Source: Candidatus Heimdallarchaeota archaeon (GTDB lineage: Archaea; Asgardarchaeota; Heimdallarchaeia; JABLTI01). From it: a stretch of DNA of 12,373 bases. The stretch is from the NCBI GenBank assembly GCA_030671945.1, contig DAOVHJ010000038.1, positions 1 through 12,373 on the forward strand. Reading direction: 5' to 3'. Positions 1-6,979 of this stretch are shown here, in pieces. The notes below the pieces were generated by a model. The model was given only the letters and a program-made list of their open reading frames with translations. It made no database searches and was not told the origin of the DNA. The translations under genes were made by a program, and so were the position numbers. Position 1 is the stretch's first letter. Each line of letters begins with the position of its first letter.

Positions 1-33
1 CTATAAGTAGTATATTCAGAGGAGCGCGTACAC

Positions 34-186
34 ATGCCAGTTGAATTGGACTATTGGGCTGAGAAATTACAAAGAGCTTATACAGAGCGTGATCACAAGA
101 AAGAATACGTTCTCAAAGCTCCGACTAAGAAAGAACATTCTCAGTCAAAAAAAAATAACGCGTTCTCAATTTTTAAATCAGATTAG
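34..186 (+). CDS. Possible small basic protein (50 aa: MPVELDYWAEKLQRAYTERDHKKEYVLKAPTKKEHSQSKKNNAFSIFKSD). Below the size cutoff of the supplied ORF track.
   Basis: ATG at 34 is preceded by GAGGAG (19-24) with a 9-nt spacer, and TAG lies at 184-186. There is no recognisable family. The ORF contains an A9 run that could instead be the oligo-T terminator of the convergent gene. Its stop is only 13 nt from the convergent gene's stop. Confidence 0.3.
   Translation: MPVELDYWAEKLQRAYTERDHKKEYVLKAPTKKEHSQSKKNNAFSIFKSD
147..155 (-). terminator. Oligo-T tract (T9 on the minus strand) about 45 nt downstream of the 553-aa gene's stop.
   Basis: The A9 run at 147-155 reads as T9 on the minus strand. 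Oligo-T tracts are the usual archaeal termination signal. No hairpin precedes it. Confidence 0.35.
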
Positions 187-199
187 AAAGTGCTTTTCC

Positions 200-1861
200 T
201 TAGAGGAATTCTCTTTGATCTTTTAATCGAGTAAATATAATTTTACAGATGTTTTTATCTATATCCTCTTTATTATTATCTGACGCTTTCAAACCAAGTT
301 TCCCTAATTCTGCGACTAATAGTGTGGTGGATTCACTTTCTGTCAAAAGCAAACCTAATTCTAAAGATAATTTCTTCAACAATTTTGCTCCTGCTACAAG
401 TTCCTCTGGATTATCAAACAATTCTTTCAGGTATTCATCACGAACTATTATCCACAAATCCTTCTCAGAAGCCTCTTTTAGTTTTTGTCTCATAGTTACT
501 TCAGCGGTTAATTTCTGTGAATCCTTTTCTTTAGCTAAAGCGTTTTCCACCTTAACAGCCAAAGCAGGGTCTTTTTCAATGATTTTCCCTATTTCTACTC
601 TTAAATCCTCTCGAGTAGAATAGATATCCATAATTGTTTCTTCTAACAGTCTTAGTACCTTTTCATCTACACTTAGACCAGGATATTCTTCTGTTCCTGC
701 AGGTGATAATCTATACATCATTTGGACATCAAATTTCTTCATCAGTTTTGCGACATTCATCTGTGTGATTCCAAATTCATTCAATATTCTCTCGTAAAAC
801 TCCTTTGCAAAATAGGAGGGTTTCTGTTTATGTGTTTTAGTCGCGATATCGAAGTTCTCTCTCACTAGTTCACGTATTGTAGTTTGTACCTTGTCGACCG
901 ATAAACCTTCAACATTTGTTATTGTGAGTGCAACTTTATCATCTGTTATAGCATCTTTTTTCGTTGCGATTCTTGAACTACCCTCTTTCTTTTCTCCATT
1001 TACAGACTTCATTGAATAATCGATTCCCGTTTTCAAATCCAATGCTTCATATTCCATGATGAGTCTGTTTTCTAGAATTAATTCGGAAGCAATACGCCAA
1101 TTCATTTGTGTTCTATCTTTGTTACTGATTTTGAGATGTTTTTTAATCGTTTCATATTCTTGTATTGCTTTATTTGCCCACCCTTTACTTTCCAGTTCTG
1201 AAAGAATGAATTCAATTGAGTCTATATTTGCACCAAATCTGTTACATAGCTCTTCAATTATTACTTCCCCTTTCTCTCGAGCTTTTTGACGCATATAGCA
1301 AATGATACTTACAGCAGCATCATAGAAATTAGCTCTTTTATGGTCTTGCACCCAGGAGAACAACATTGGTTTGATTGCTTCTGCTGTGATATAGGCTCTT
1401 TCAATAATATAGAGAGCGGAATCTTCCTTTTCTCCTGCTAAATTGCCGAAAAGAGATCGATCTAAAGTGATGAGTTTTGTTACTCTTTTCAATAATTTCT
1501 TTGGAAAATCATTGGAAGCGTATTTTATCCAAAATCCTTCTTCCATAGAGAATCGTATTAGAAATGAATAAATGTCAGGTAATTCATATTTTGCTTCCTT
1601 TAATCGGCTTATCTCGTTTTTAAAGTAATTTGCAGATAATTTTCTTGGGATGTCATATTCATATTCGAGGACAAAAACTGCTTTTGCTATTTCCTCTTGT
1701 ATTTCAAATTCTTTAACGATATCTTTTATCTCATCGTCGGGAACTACCACTGTGCGTTCTAGAAATCGATCTTGGTCAGCTGTTTTGATTTTATTGAACG
1801 CTTCCACAGCTTCTCTTAAAACCTCTTGACTTGCAAGGTCACCAAGATCACGTTCCAACAT
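200..1861 (-). CDS. Hypothetical protein, 553 aa. Charged and apparently mostly helical, with winged-helix-like or HTH-like segments. No catalytic motif recognised.
   Basis: Long uninterrupted ORF with ATG at 1861-1859. GGAG (read as ctcc at 1874-1877) lies 12 nt upstream, and the stop is TAA at 202-200. There is no Walker A, metal-binding Cys/His cluster, HEPN or PD-(D/E)xK pattern; the protein has only 3 His and 3 Cys. Segments such as EVIIEELCNRFGANIDSIEFILSELESKGW and FGITQMNVAKLMKKFDV resemble winged-helix/HTH recognition units. Confidence 0.85.
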   Translation of the reverse strand: MLERDLGDLASQEVLREAVEAFNKIKTADQDRFLERTVVVPDDEIKDIVKEFEIQEEIAKAVFVLEYEYDIPRKLSANYFKNEISRLKEAKYELPDIYSFLIRFSMEEGFWIKYASNDFPKKLLKRVTKLITLDRSLFGNLAGEKEDSALYIIERAYITAEAIKPMLFSWVQDHKRANFYDAAVSIICYMRQKAREKGEVIIEELCNRFGANIDSIEFILSELESKGWANKAIQEYETIKKHLKISNKDRTQMNWRIASELILENRLIMEYEALDLKTGIDYSMKSVNGEKKEGSSRIATKKDAITDDKVALTITNVEGLSVDKVQTTIRELVRENFDIATKTHKQKPSYFAKEFYERILNEFGITQMNVAKLMKKFDVQMMYRLSPAGTEEYPGLSVDEKVLRLLEETIMDIYSTREDLRVEIGKIIEKDPALAVKVENALAKEKDSQKLTAEVTMRQKLKEASEKDLWIIVRDEYLKELFDNPEELVAGAKLLKKLSLELGLLLTESESTTLLVAELGKLGLKASDNNKEDIDKNICKIIFTRLKDQREFL

Positions 1862-2034
1862 TTGCTTTTTTTACTCCGTTTATTTGAGATTTTTACATTC
1901 ATTTTGCTATTGGCAATTCCACTAAAATAGCTTGTATACTTTTTCAATTAATTAACTAATTAGAGAGTATTTTTAAAATACAGATGGTATCGGCAAATTG
2001 CTCTTGTTATGGAATAAATTTGATAGAAACAGCT

Positions 2035-2040
2035 AAAAAA
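2035..2040 (-). terminator. Short oligo-T tract (T6 on the minus strand) 4 nt after the small membrane-protein gene's stop.
   Basis: A6 at 2035-2040 reads as T6 on the minus strand. It separates this gene from the 553-aa gene downstream on the same strand. Confidence 0.3.
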
Positions 2041-2044
2041 GTGA

Positions 2045-2320
2045 TCAGTCAAAAATTTCTGATTGATCTTCTTTGACATTTTCTTCTTCTATCTTTTGTT
2101 TTTCTTCTTCTTCTTTACTTTTTCTGGTGAAATAGATAACTACATAGAAGAATCCACAACCAAGGAGAAAAACTCCAAAAACAATCCAGAGTGTTACTTC
2201 AAGAAGTGCTAGAACAACGGCTAAAACCCAACAGAGTATTATAGCTATTAGCATGAGATCGAAAACCAATGCTAAACCGACATCTTTTGCATCTTCTTTT
2301 AGTGTAGACATTTCTCTCAC
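2045..2320 (-). CDS. Small integral membrane protein (91 aa, or 88 aa from the internal ATG) with two predicted TM helices and a Lys/Glu-rich C-terminal tail.
   Basis: Two hydrophobic stretches (LALVFDLMLIAIILCWVLAVVLALL and TLWIVFGVFLLGCGFFYVVIYF) are followed by RKSKEEEEKQKIEEENVKEDQSEIFD. The start is GTG at 2320 or ATG at 2311. No family recognised. Confidence 0.65.
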   Translation of the reverse strand: MREMSTLKEDAKDVGLALVFDLMLIAIILCWVLAVVLALLEVTLWIVFGVFLLGCGFFYVVIYFTRKSKEEEEKQKIEEENVKEDQSEIFD

Positions 2321-2470
2321 TTCAATGACTGTTAGGTTTGTTAGTATTTATTGCTTTTTTAGTTTTTGCCAAGAATTAAATTTACCCTAGAATGCTGTTT
2401 TTAAGCAACAAAATTTTAAATTCCTATGTTGTAATGTTATTAGTTTATTGAATTTAAACAGGAGATAACA
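2321..2470. promoter_or_regulatory. Divergent AT-rich intergenic region, presumably holding promoters for the membrane-protein gene (-) and the plsY-like gene (+).
   Basis: A TATA-like AAATTTTAAAT lies around 2411-2421, about 50 nt upstream of the plsY-like ATG. AGGAG at 2460-2464 sits 6 nt before ATG 2471. Confidence 0.35.
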
Positions 2471-3157
2471 ATGTATCAATATTTTCTTGCTCCCATAATT
2501 GGATATCTATTGGGTTCTATTCCTTTTGCGTGGATAATTGTAAAACTAGTTACAGGAAAAGATGTTCGAGAAGAAGGTTCAAAATCTGTTAGTACAAGAA
2601 ATACTGTTCGAACGGCTGGTTATTTCTGGGCAATTCTAACTGCTTCTCTTGATGTTACTAAAGGATTTTTAGCTGCGTTTCTGGTTCGATTTTATTTAAC
2701 TCTACTACCAGTCGCAAATGCATTAGATAGTGATATGTCAATCTTTTGTGCTGCTCTTGCGGGTATAGGAGCATTTGCAGGACATTTATGGATGCCTTGG
2801 TTGGGATTCAAAGGAGGAAAAGGATTCGCTGTTTTTTCAGGAGCACTAATTGTGCTTAATCCCTACGGGATCCTAGTTTGGTGGTTAAGTCTTCCATTAT
2901 TCCTAATTATTATCAGATACAGCTATCTTGGAGGATTAAGTGCAACCATATCCGCTGCTCTTCTAGGAATGTTCTTCTTTATTTTCGGGCATGCAAATGG
3001 AATTCCAAATGATTACTGGAGTGATTGGGGTGTTATGGTTCATGGATTTGGATGTGTCATTGTGCTTTTACTCCGGCTGATTCCGGATTTCAAAGCTATG
3101 AAAGCAGGCGAAATCAAACGTTGGTCCGGGATGAAAGTTTCACAGTGGATGCGGTAA
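2471..3157 (+). CDS. plsY: PlsY-family (acyl-phosphate:glycerol-3-phosphate acyltransferase, COG0344-like) membrane protein, 228 aa.
   Basis: The N-terminal GYLLGSIPFAWII matches the family GSIP motif. GHLWMPWLGFKGGKGFAV matches the family H...FKGGKG motif. The protein has multiple TM helices and a strong SD. The central motif is divergent: REEGSKSVSTRNTVR against the family REHGSGNxGATNxxR. Confidence 0.85.
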   Translation: MYQYFLAPIIGYLLGSIPFAWIIVKLVTGKDVREEGSKSVSTRNTVRTAGYFWAILTASLDVTKGFLAAFLVRFYLTLLPVANALDSDMSIFCAALAGIGAFAGHLWMPWLGFKGGKGFAVFSGALIVLNPYGILVWWLSLPLFLIIIRYSYLGGLSATISAALLGMFFFIFGHANGIPNDYWSDWGVMVHGFGCVIVLLLRLIPDFKAMKAGEIKRWSGMKVSQWMR

Positions 3158-3176
3158 AAACTTAGAAATGGAAATT

Positions 3177-3199
3177 AGCAGTTTACTTACTGCTTTTTT
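3177..3199 (+). terminator. Hairpin plus T-run after the plsY-like gene, in the convergent gap with the kinase gene.
   Basis: AGCAGT (3177-3182) pairs with ACTGCT (3189-3194) across a 6-nt loop and is followed by a T-run to 3199. The convergent kinase gene has its own T6 on the minus strand (A6 at 3217-3222), 18 nt after its stop. Confidence 0.5.
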
Positions 3200-3239
3200 C
3201 TTTACTTTATTTTGAGAAAAAATGTTTTCTATTATCAAT

Positions 3240-5246
3240 TTATTTTGTTTTCATGATTCTCTCATGAATCTTCTTGTTTTTTGGCAAAGTAAATCTAAAA
3301 GTCGACCCTTTGTTTTTTCCTTCTGATTCAGCTAATACTGTTCCCCCGTGAGCTTCTACAAGGCTTTTCACTACAGCTAAACCTAAACCAGAGCCAGGGC
3401 TTTTCGGATCTACTTTTACATATTGATCAAAAATTCGATCCAAATCTTTCTTGTATATTCCTAATCCGTTATCAATCACTGAAATTTCTATGAAATCTTT
3501 CTTGAGATTCTTAGCAATAATTCGAATATTACTATCTTTTTCTGTGAATTTAATCGCATTAAGTACTAGATTCTTAATTATTCTCACAACTTGTTCTTTG
3601 TCACACCAGGCACTTAATTTCTCTGGAATATCGTGTGAAACAATGAATCCCTTATCTATTATTACAGATCCAACAGCAGTAAGTGTATCAGATACAATGT
3701 CTCTTAGTTGGTACTGTTTGTGTTTCAGTGTGTATCCTTGTGTTTCTAATGTGGAATGATCCATGATATCGAGAATACTTCGTGAAACGTTTGCGAGATT
3801 GTTTCTCAAGTATTCAATTGTTCCAAATACTTCCTCACCGAGTTCTCCTAGTTGTCCAGAAAGTATTTGATCTAATAGTTCTTTTGAACTTCTTAGTGGA
3901 TCTAACAATCCTGTTGAGGTTACCTCCATGAAATTTGAGCGCTCTCTATTTACTTCCTGGAGTTTTTCATTTAGCTCTTCTAATTTTATATAAGAGGTTG
4001 TTAGCTCTTCTTCTTGTAGTGCAAGCATTGTTACATCTTCACACAAAGCTAGAATCTCTGTGATTTCTCCTTCCTTATTAGCCATAGGAACGACTTTCAA
4101 ACTTATAATTGTGAACGGCTGAGGGAATTTTTTGTCTACGTTTTTTATCTTTAATCGATTAACATCAACTTTCTCGCCGGATAAACCCTTTTTGAATAAT
4201 TTAATCAGGGATGCTGGAAAAGCAGCTTTTTGCTTGTCTTTCTTGTCTTTTATGATGTTAATACCTACAAGCTCTTTTCTTTTCTTATCAGCCATAATTT
4301 CAACTAAAGGATTCAAACCAGTCATAATGCCTTTAGAATTAATTGTTAAAATTGCGATTGGAGAATTTTCTATAATATTATCTAACTCTTGTCTTGTTTT
4401 TCTGAATTTCTCTTCAGGAACTAGGGCACTAAAAAGTGCTGAATGTAGTTTATACATGTCTGGAACAGAAGTTAATTGCTCATCTCCGATTGCTATTGTT
4501 GGTAATGACATTATATCGTATTTTTCTGCTAGTTCAGGTTCCTCGTCAATATCCACTTTTCGATAAGTAATTTTTCCACCATAGGATGCTAATACTTCTT
4601 GGAGTACTTCCTCTGCTGGTGCACAGTACACACAGTCTTTAGAAGTGAACAGGTAAATTTCTGTATAAATGGTAGTTGTATCAGCAATTATAGAAGCGAG
4701 TTGCTCATAAAGTTCAAGGAGATTATTATAGAGTGTTTGCAATTCTACGTTTTTGTTTCGCAATTCTCTTTCAACTAGTTTCCGATCACTAATGTCAGTT
4801 ATAATAGCATAAGTTCCAATAGATTCCCCATCAGGGCCTAATATTGGTGTACCACTAATTAGAACTGGAATTTTTGAACCTAATTTTGATCTGAAAGAAA
4901 TTTCATATTGTGATGTTTTCTTTTCGGTAATTCTTTTTGTTGATTCTCGAGTTACTCGTGCACGATCTGACTCCATAACTATATCAATGGAATTCGTACC
5001 AAGTAATTCTTCTTCTGTATATCCTAGCATTTTACAGATTTTTGGATTGACATAAATTATATTGAAATTCATATCAGAGGCTACAATTCCTTCAGGCATA
5101 GTGTCAACTAAAGTCTTGTACCATCCACTAGAAGTGAGTATCTTTTCCAAAATAGGATGAGTCTTGAAATCACTCTCTCTATTTAAATCGGATTTCACTA
5201 TTGGTAGCTCCAGGTACAAAACATCGAGTACATTGAATATACTCAC
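3240..5246 (-). CDS. Cytoplasmic sensor histidine-kinase-like protein, 668 aa: PAS, thioredoxin-like CxxC domain, PAS, degenerate DHp (HisKA-like, no acceptor His), HATPase_c.
   Basis: PAS-like blocks lie at about aa 42-155 and 285-410. A Trx fold lies at about aa 194-275, with C205-V-Y-C208 and the cis-Pro motif SLPT. The CA domain is intact: N box NLVLNAIKFT, G1 DNGLGI, F box IFDQY, G2 GSGLGLAVV. The H-box reads FMEVTSTGLLDPL. There are no TM segments. The start is GTG at 5246, the only start codon in the ORF upstream of PAS1; a TTTATTT element about 29 nt upstream could mean a leaderless transcript. Confidence 0.9.
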   Translation of the reverse strand: MSIFNVLDVLYLELPIVKSDLNRESDFKTHPILEKILTSSGWYKTLVDTMPEGIVASDMNFNIIYVNPKICKMLGYTEEELLGTNSIDIVMESDRARVTRESTKRITEKKTSQYEISFRSKLGSKIPVLISGTPILGPDGESIGTYAIITDISDRKLVERELRNKNVELQTLYNNLLELYEQLASIIADTTTIYTEIYLFTSKDCVYCAPAEEVLQEVLASYGGKITYRKVDIDEEPELAEKYDIMSLPTIAIGDEQLTSVPDMYKLHSALFSALVPEEKFRKTRQELDNIIENSPIAILTINSKGIMTGLNPLVEIMADKKRKELVGINIIKDKKDKQKAAFPASLIKLFKKGLSGEKVDVNRLKIKNVDKKFPQPFTIISLKVVPMANKEGEITEILALCEDVTMLALQEEELTTSYIKLEELNEKLQEVNRERSNFMEVTSTGLLDPLRSSKELLDQILSGQLGELGEEVFGTIEYLRNNLANVSRSILDIMDHSTLETQGYTLKHKQYQLRDIVSDTLTAVGSVIIDKGFIVSHDIPEKLSAWCDKEQVVRIIKNLVLNAIKFTEKDSNIRIIAKNLKKDFIEISVIDNGLGIYKKDLDRIFDQYVKVDPKSPGSGLGLAVVKSLVEAHGGTVLAESEGKNKGSTFRFTLPKNKKIHERIMKTK

Positions 5247-5340
5247 AGAATTTTGACCATTTTTCTCAAATAAATCTTCTGTTTTGGTACTTTTCGACGA
5301 AATAATGGTTTTTTAGCTTAATAAAATTTGTCCCGAGACT

Positions 5341-6975
5341 TTAAACCTCTTTCACCTTTCCATTACTTTTGTCTTCTTCTTTACTTTTTTCAGTTCTTTT
5401 TTTCCATTCGCCCCAGGCTCCACCACCAGGAGTTTCTATTACGATTATTTCTTCTGCGTTCACTGTTGTGGTTGTTTTACCTGGCAAGATTATTTTTTTG
5501 CCATCACTTTTAATGACAGAATAGATTCCTTTCTTTCCGTCTTCTCCTCCGGCTAGCCCCCAGGGAGCAGTTTTCTGTCTTTCACCCAGTACACTAACTA
5601 CAACAGGTACTTTGGTTCTGAATTGTCGTATAATTCCTAAACCACCACGAAATCGACCGTTTCCACAACTATCTTCTCTTAAAGCATACTTTTCAACAAC
5701 CAAGGGATATCTGACTTCTATTTCTTCTATAGGAGTATTCATAGTATTTGTCATATGAGAGTGAATGCCATCTATTCCATCCTTTGTTGGACGACCTCCC
5801 GCTCCTCCACCAATTGTCTCGTAAAATGTAAACGGTCTTCCTGAGCGATCTGTTCCACCAATTATGAGATTGTTCATTGTTCCTTGAGAAGCTGCTGGAA
5901 TTCTATCTGGCAATATCTTTGAAAACGCTTTCAACAAAGTATCAACAATTCTTTGTGAAGTTTCAACGTTTCCACCCACAACTGCAGCAGGTGAACGAGC
6001 ATTAAGAATGGTTCCTTCGGGAACGATAACCGACAGATGTCTGTATAAACCTTCGTTAGCAGGGATCGTTGGATCAGTTATTGCTCGTAAAACATAGTAG
6101 GAGCCTGAAAGAGTTACTGCATAAGGGCAGTTAATTGCACCCTTTACTTGTTCTGAAGTGCCAGTAAAATCAAAAGTAACATGCTTTTTTGTCATCTTTA
6201 CATTAACAAATAATTCTACAAGGTCATCTACAATTCCATCTCCATCCATGTAGTCCTTCCCTACAGCTTCGCATTCAGGAAAGCCACTCAAAATAGATAG
6301 AAATCTTCTTTCTGAGTAATTGAGTATATCATCTACTGCTAGTTTGTATGTTTTCATCCCTTTTTGGGCAATCAATTCTTGAAGTCTTTTCTCACCAGTC
6401 CAATTTGAGGATAATTGAGCCATTAGGTCCCCTTTTCTAATCTTAGGAGTTCGAGAATTGGTCATGATAAGATTCAAGATGTCTTTGCTTATCTCTCCTT
6501 TTGAGACTAATTTAATAGGGGGAATTCTTAGTCCTTCTTGGAATATTTCTGTTGCATTTCCTGGCATAGATCCAGGAGCCATACCACCAATATCATCGTG
6601 ATGTGCTCTACTCACAGAATAACCTGCAAGAACATCTTTGAAGAAAATAGGGGTGATAATTGTAATGTCAGGTAAATGTGTTCCTCCTAAATATGGATCA
6701 TTCAATATAAACGAATCACCAGGATAAATCTCTCCCTCGAATTTCTTTTCAATACTCCTAACAGCAATTGGCATTGCCCCTAGGTGGACGGGGATGTGTT
6801 CTGCTTGGGCGATCATTCTTCCCTCATGATCAAATAAAGCACAACTGTGATCCATTCGTTCTTTGATATTTGTGCTATAGGCCGCATTTCTTAGGATAAT
6901 ACCCATTTCTTCAGCAATGTATTCTAATCCCCCACGAATAACTTCTCGAGTAATTACATCAACGTTCATTGTCAC
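5341..6975 (-). CDS. hyuB: Hydantoinase B / oxoprolinase family subunit (HyuB-like), 544 aa.
   Basis: Family-typical blocks are NIKERMDHSCALFD, HIPVHLGAMP and LNDPYLGGTHLPD. A GTG start at 6975 (or ATG two codons later) lies 4 nt after the hyuA stop, implying coupling. The C-terminal tail is Lys/Glu-rich. Confidence 0.93.
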   Translation of the reverse strand: MTMNVDVITREVIRGGLEYIAEEMGIILRNAAYSTNIKERMDHSCALFDHEGRMIAQAEHIPVHLGAMPIAVRSIEKKFEGEIYPGDSFILNDPYLGGTHLPDITIITPIFFKDVLAGYSVSRAHHDDIGGMAPGSMPGNATEIFQEGLRIPPIKLVSKGEISKDILNLIMTNSRTPKIRKGDLMAQLSSNWTGEKRLQELIAQKGMKTYKLAVDDILNYSERRFLSILSGFPECEAVGKDYMDGDGIVDDLVELFVNVKMTKKHVTFDFTGTSEQVKGAINCPYAVTLSGSYYVLRAITDPTIPANEGLYRHLSVIVPEGTILNARSPAAVVGGNVETSQRIVDTLLKAFSKILPDRIPAASQGTMNNLIIGGTDRSGRPFTFYETIGGGAGGRPTKDGIDGIHSHMTNTMNTPIEEIEVRYPLVVEKYALREDSCGNGRFRGGLGIIRQFRTKVPVVVSVLGERQKTAPWGLAGGEDGKKGIYSVIKSDGKKIILPGKTTTTVNAEEIIVIETPGGGAWGEWKKRTEKSKEEDKSNGKVKEV

Positions 6976-6979
6976 ATTT

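Noticed and set aside
147-155. The A9 run as a programmed frameshift or transcriptional slippage site joining ORF 34..186 to the 41..226 frame.
   Set aside because: There is no stimulatory structure. Neither ORF is established as real, and the run is explained more simply as the oligo-T terminator of the opposite-strand gene.
157-164. The palindrome AACGCGTT next to the A9 run.
   Set aside because: An 8-bp perfect palindrome with no loop cannot form a terminator hairpin, and a single occurrence carries no regulatory evidence.
41-226. Listed 61-aa plus-strand ORF with a TTG start.
   Set aside because: It overlaps the 3' end of the convergent 553-aa gene and has no well-spaced SD. The product is low-complexity and basic. 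The alternative-frame ORF at 34..186 has better start context, and even that one is doubtful.
249-1289. Plus-strand ORFs 249..623 and 1056..1289, antisense to the 553-aa gene.
   Set aside because: Their Ser/Phe/Leu-rich, low-complexity translations are typical of the shadow frame of a Glu/Lys/Leu-rich gene. They lie entirely inside a much longer ORF of coherent composition and have no SD.
1969-1983. The near-palindromic AT element GTATTTT-T-AAAATAC upstream of the 553-aa gene, as a specific operator.
   Set aside because: It is pure A/T palindromic sequence in a promoter-like region and cannot be told apart from a TATA-like element or chance. It lies about 110 nt from the start codon.
2106-2123. 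An exact 18-nt repeat, TCTTCTTCTTTACTTTTT, at 2106-2123 and 5372-5389. It encodes K-S-K-E-E in the C-terminal tails of the small membrane protein and HyuB.
   Set aside because: Both copies are low-complexity Lys/Glu codon runs (AAA/GAA/AGT) in an AT-rich, codon-biased genome. The flanks do not match and there are no signs of mobility or recombination, so it is most likely coincidental.
3451-4566. Plus-strand ORFs 3451..3759 and 4132..4566, antisense to the kinase gene.
   Set aside because: These are shadow ORFs inside a gene whose domain motifs (PAS, Trx, HATPase_c) are unambiguous on the minus strand. Their translations are Ser/Ile/Phe-rich with no recognisable motif.
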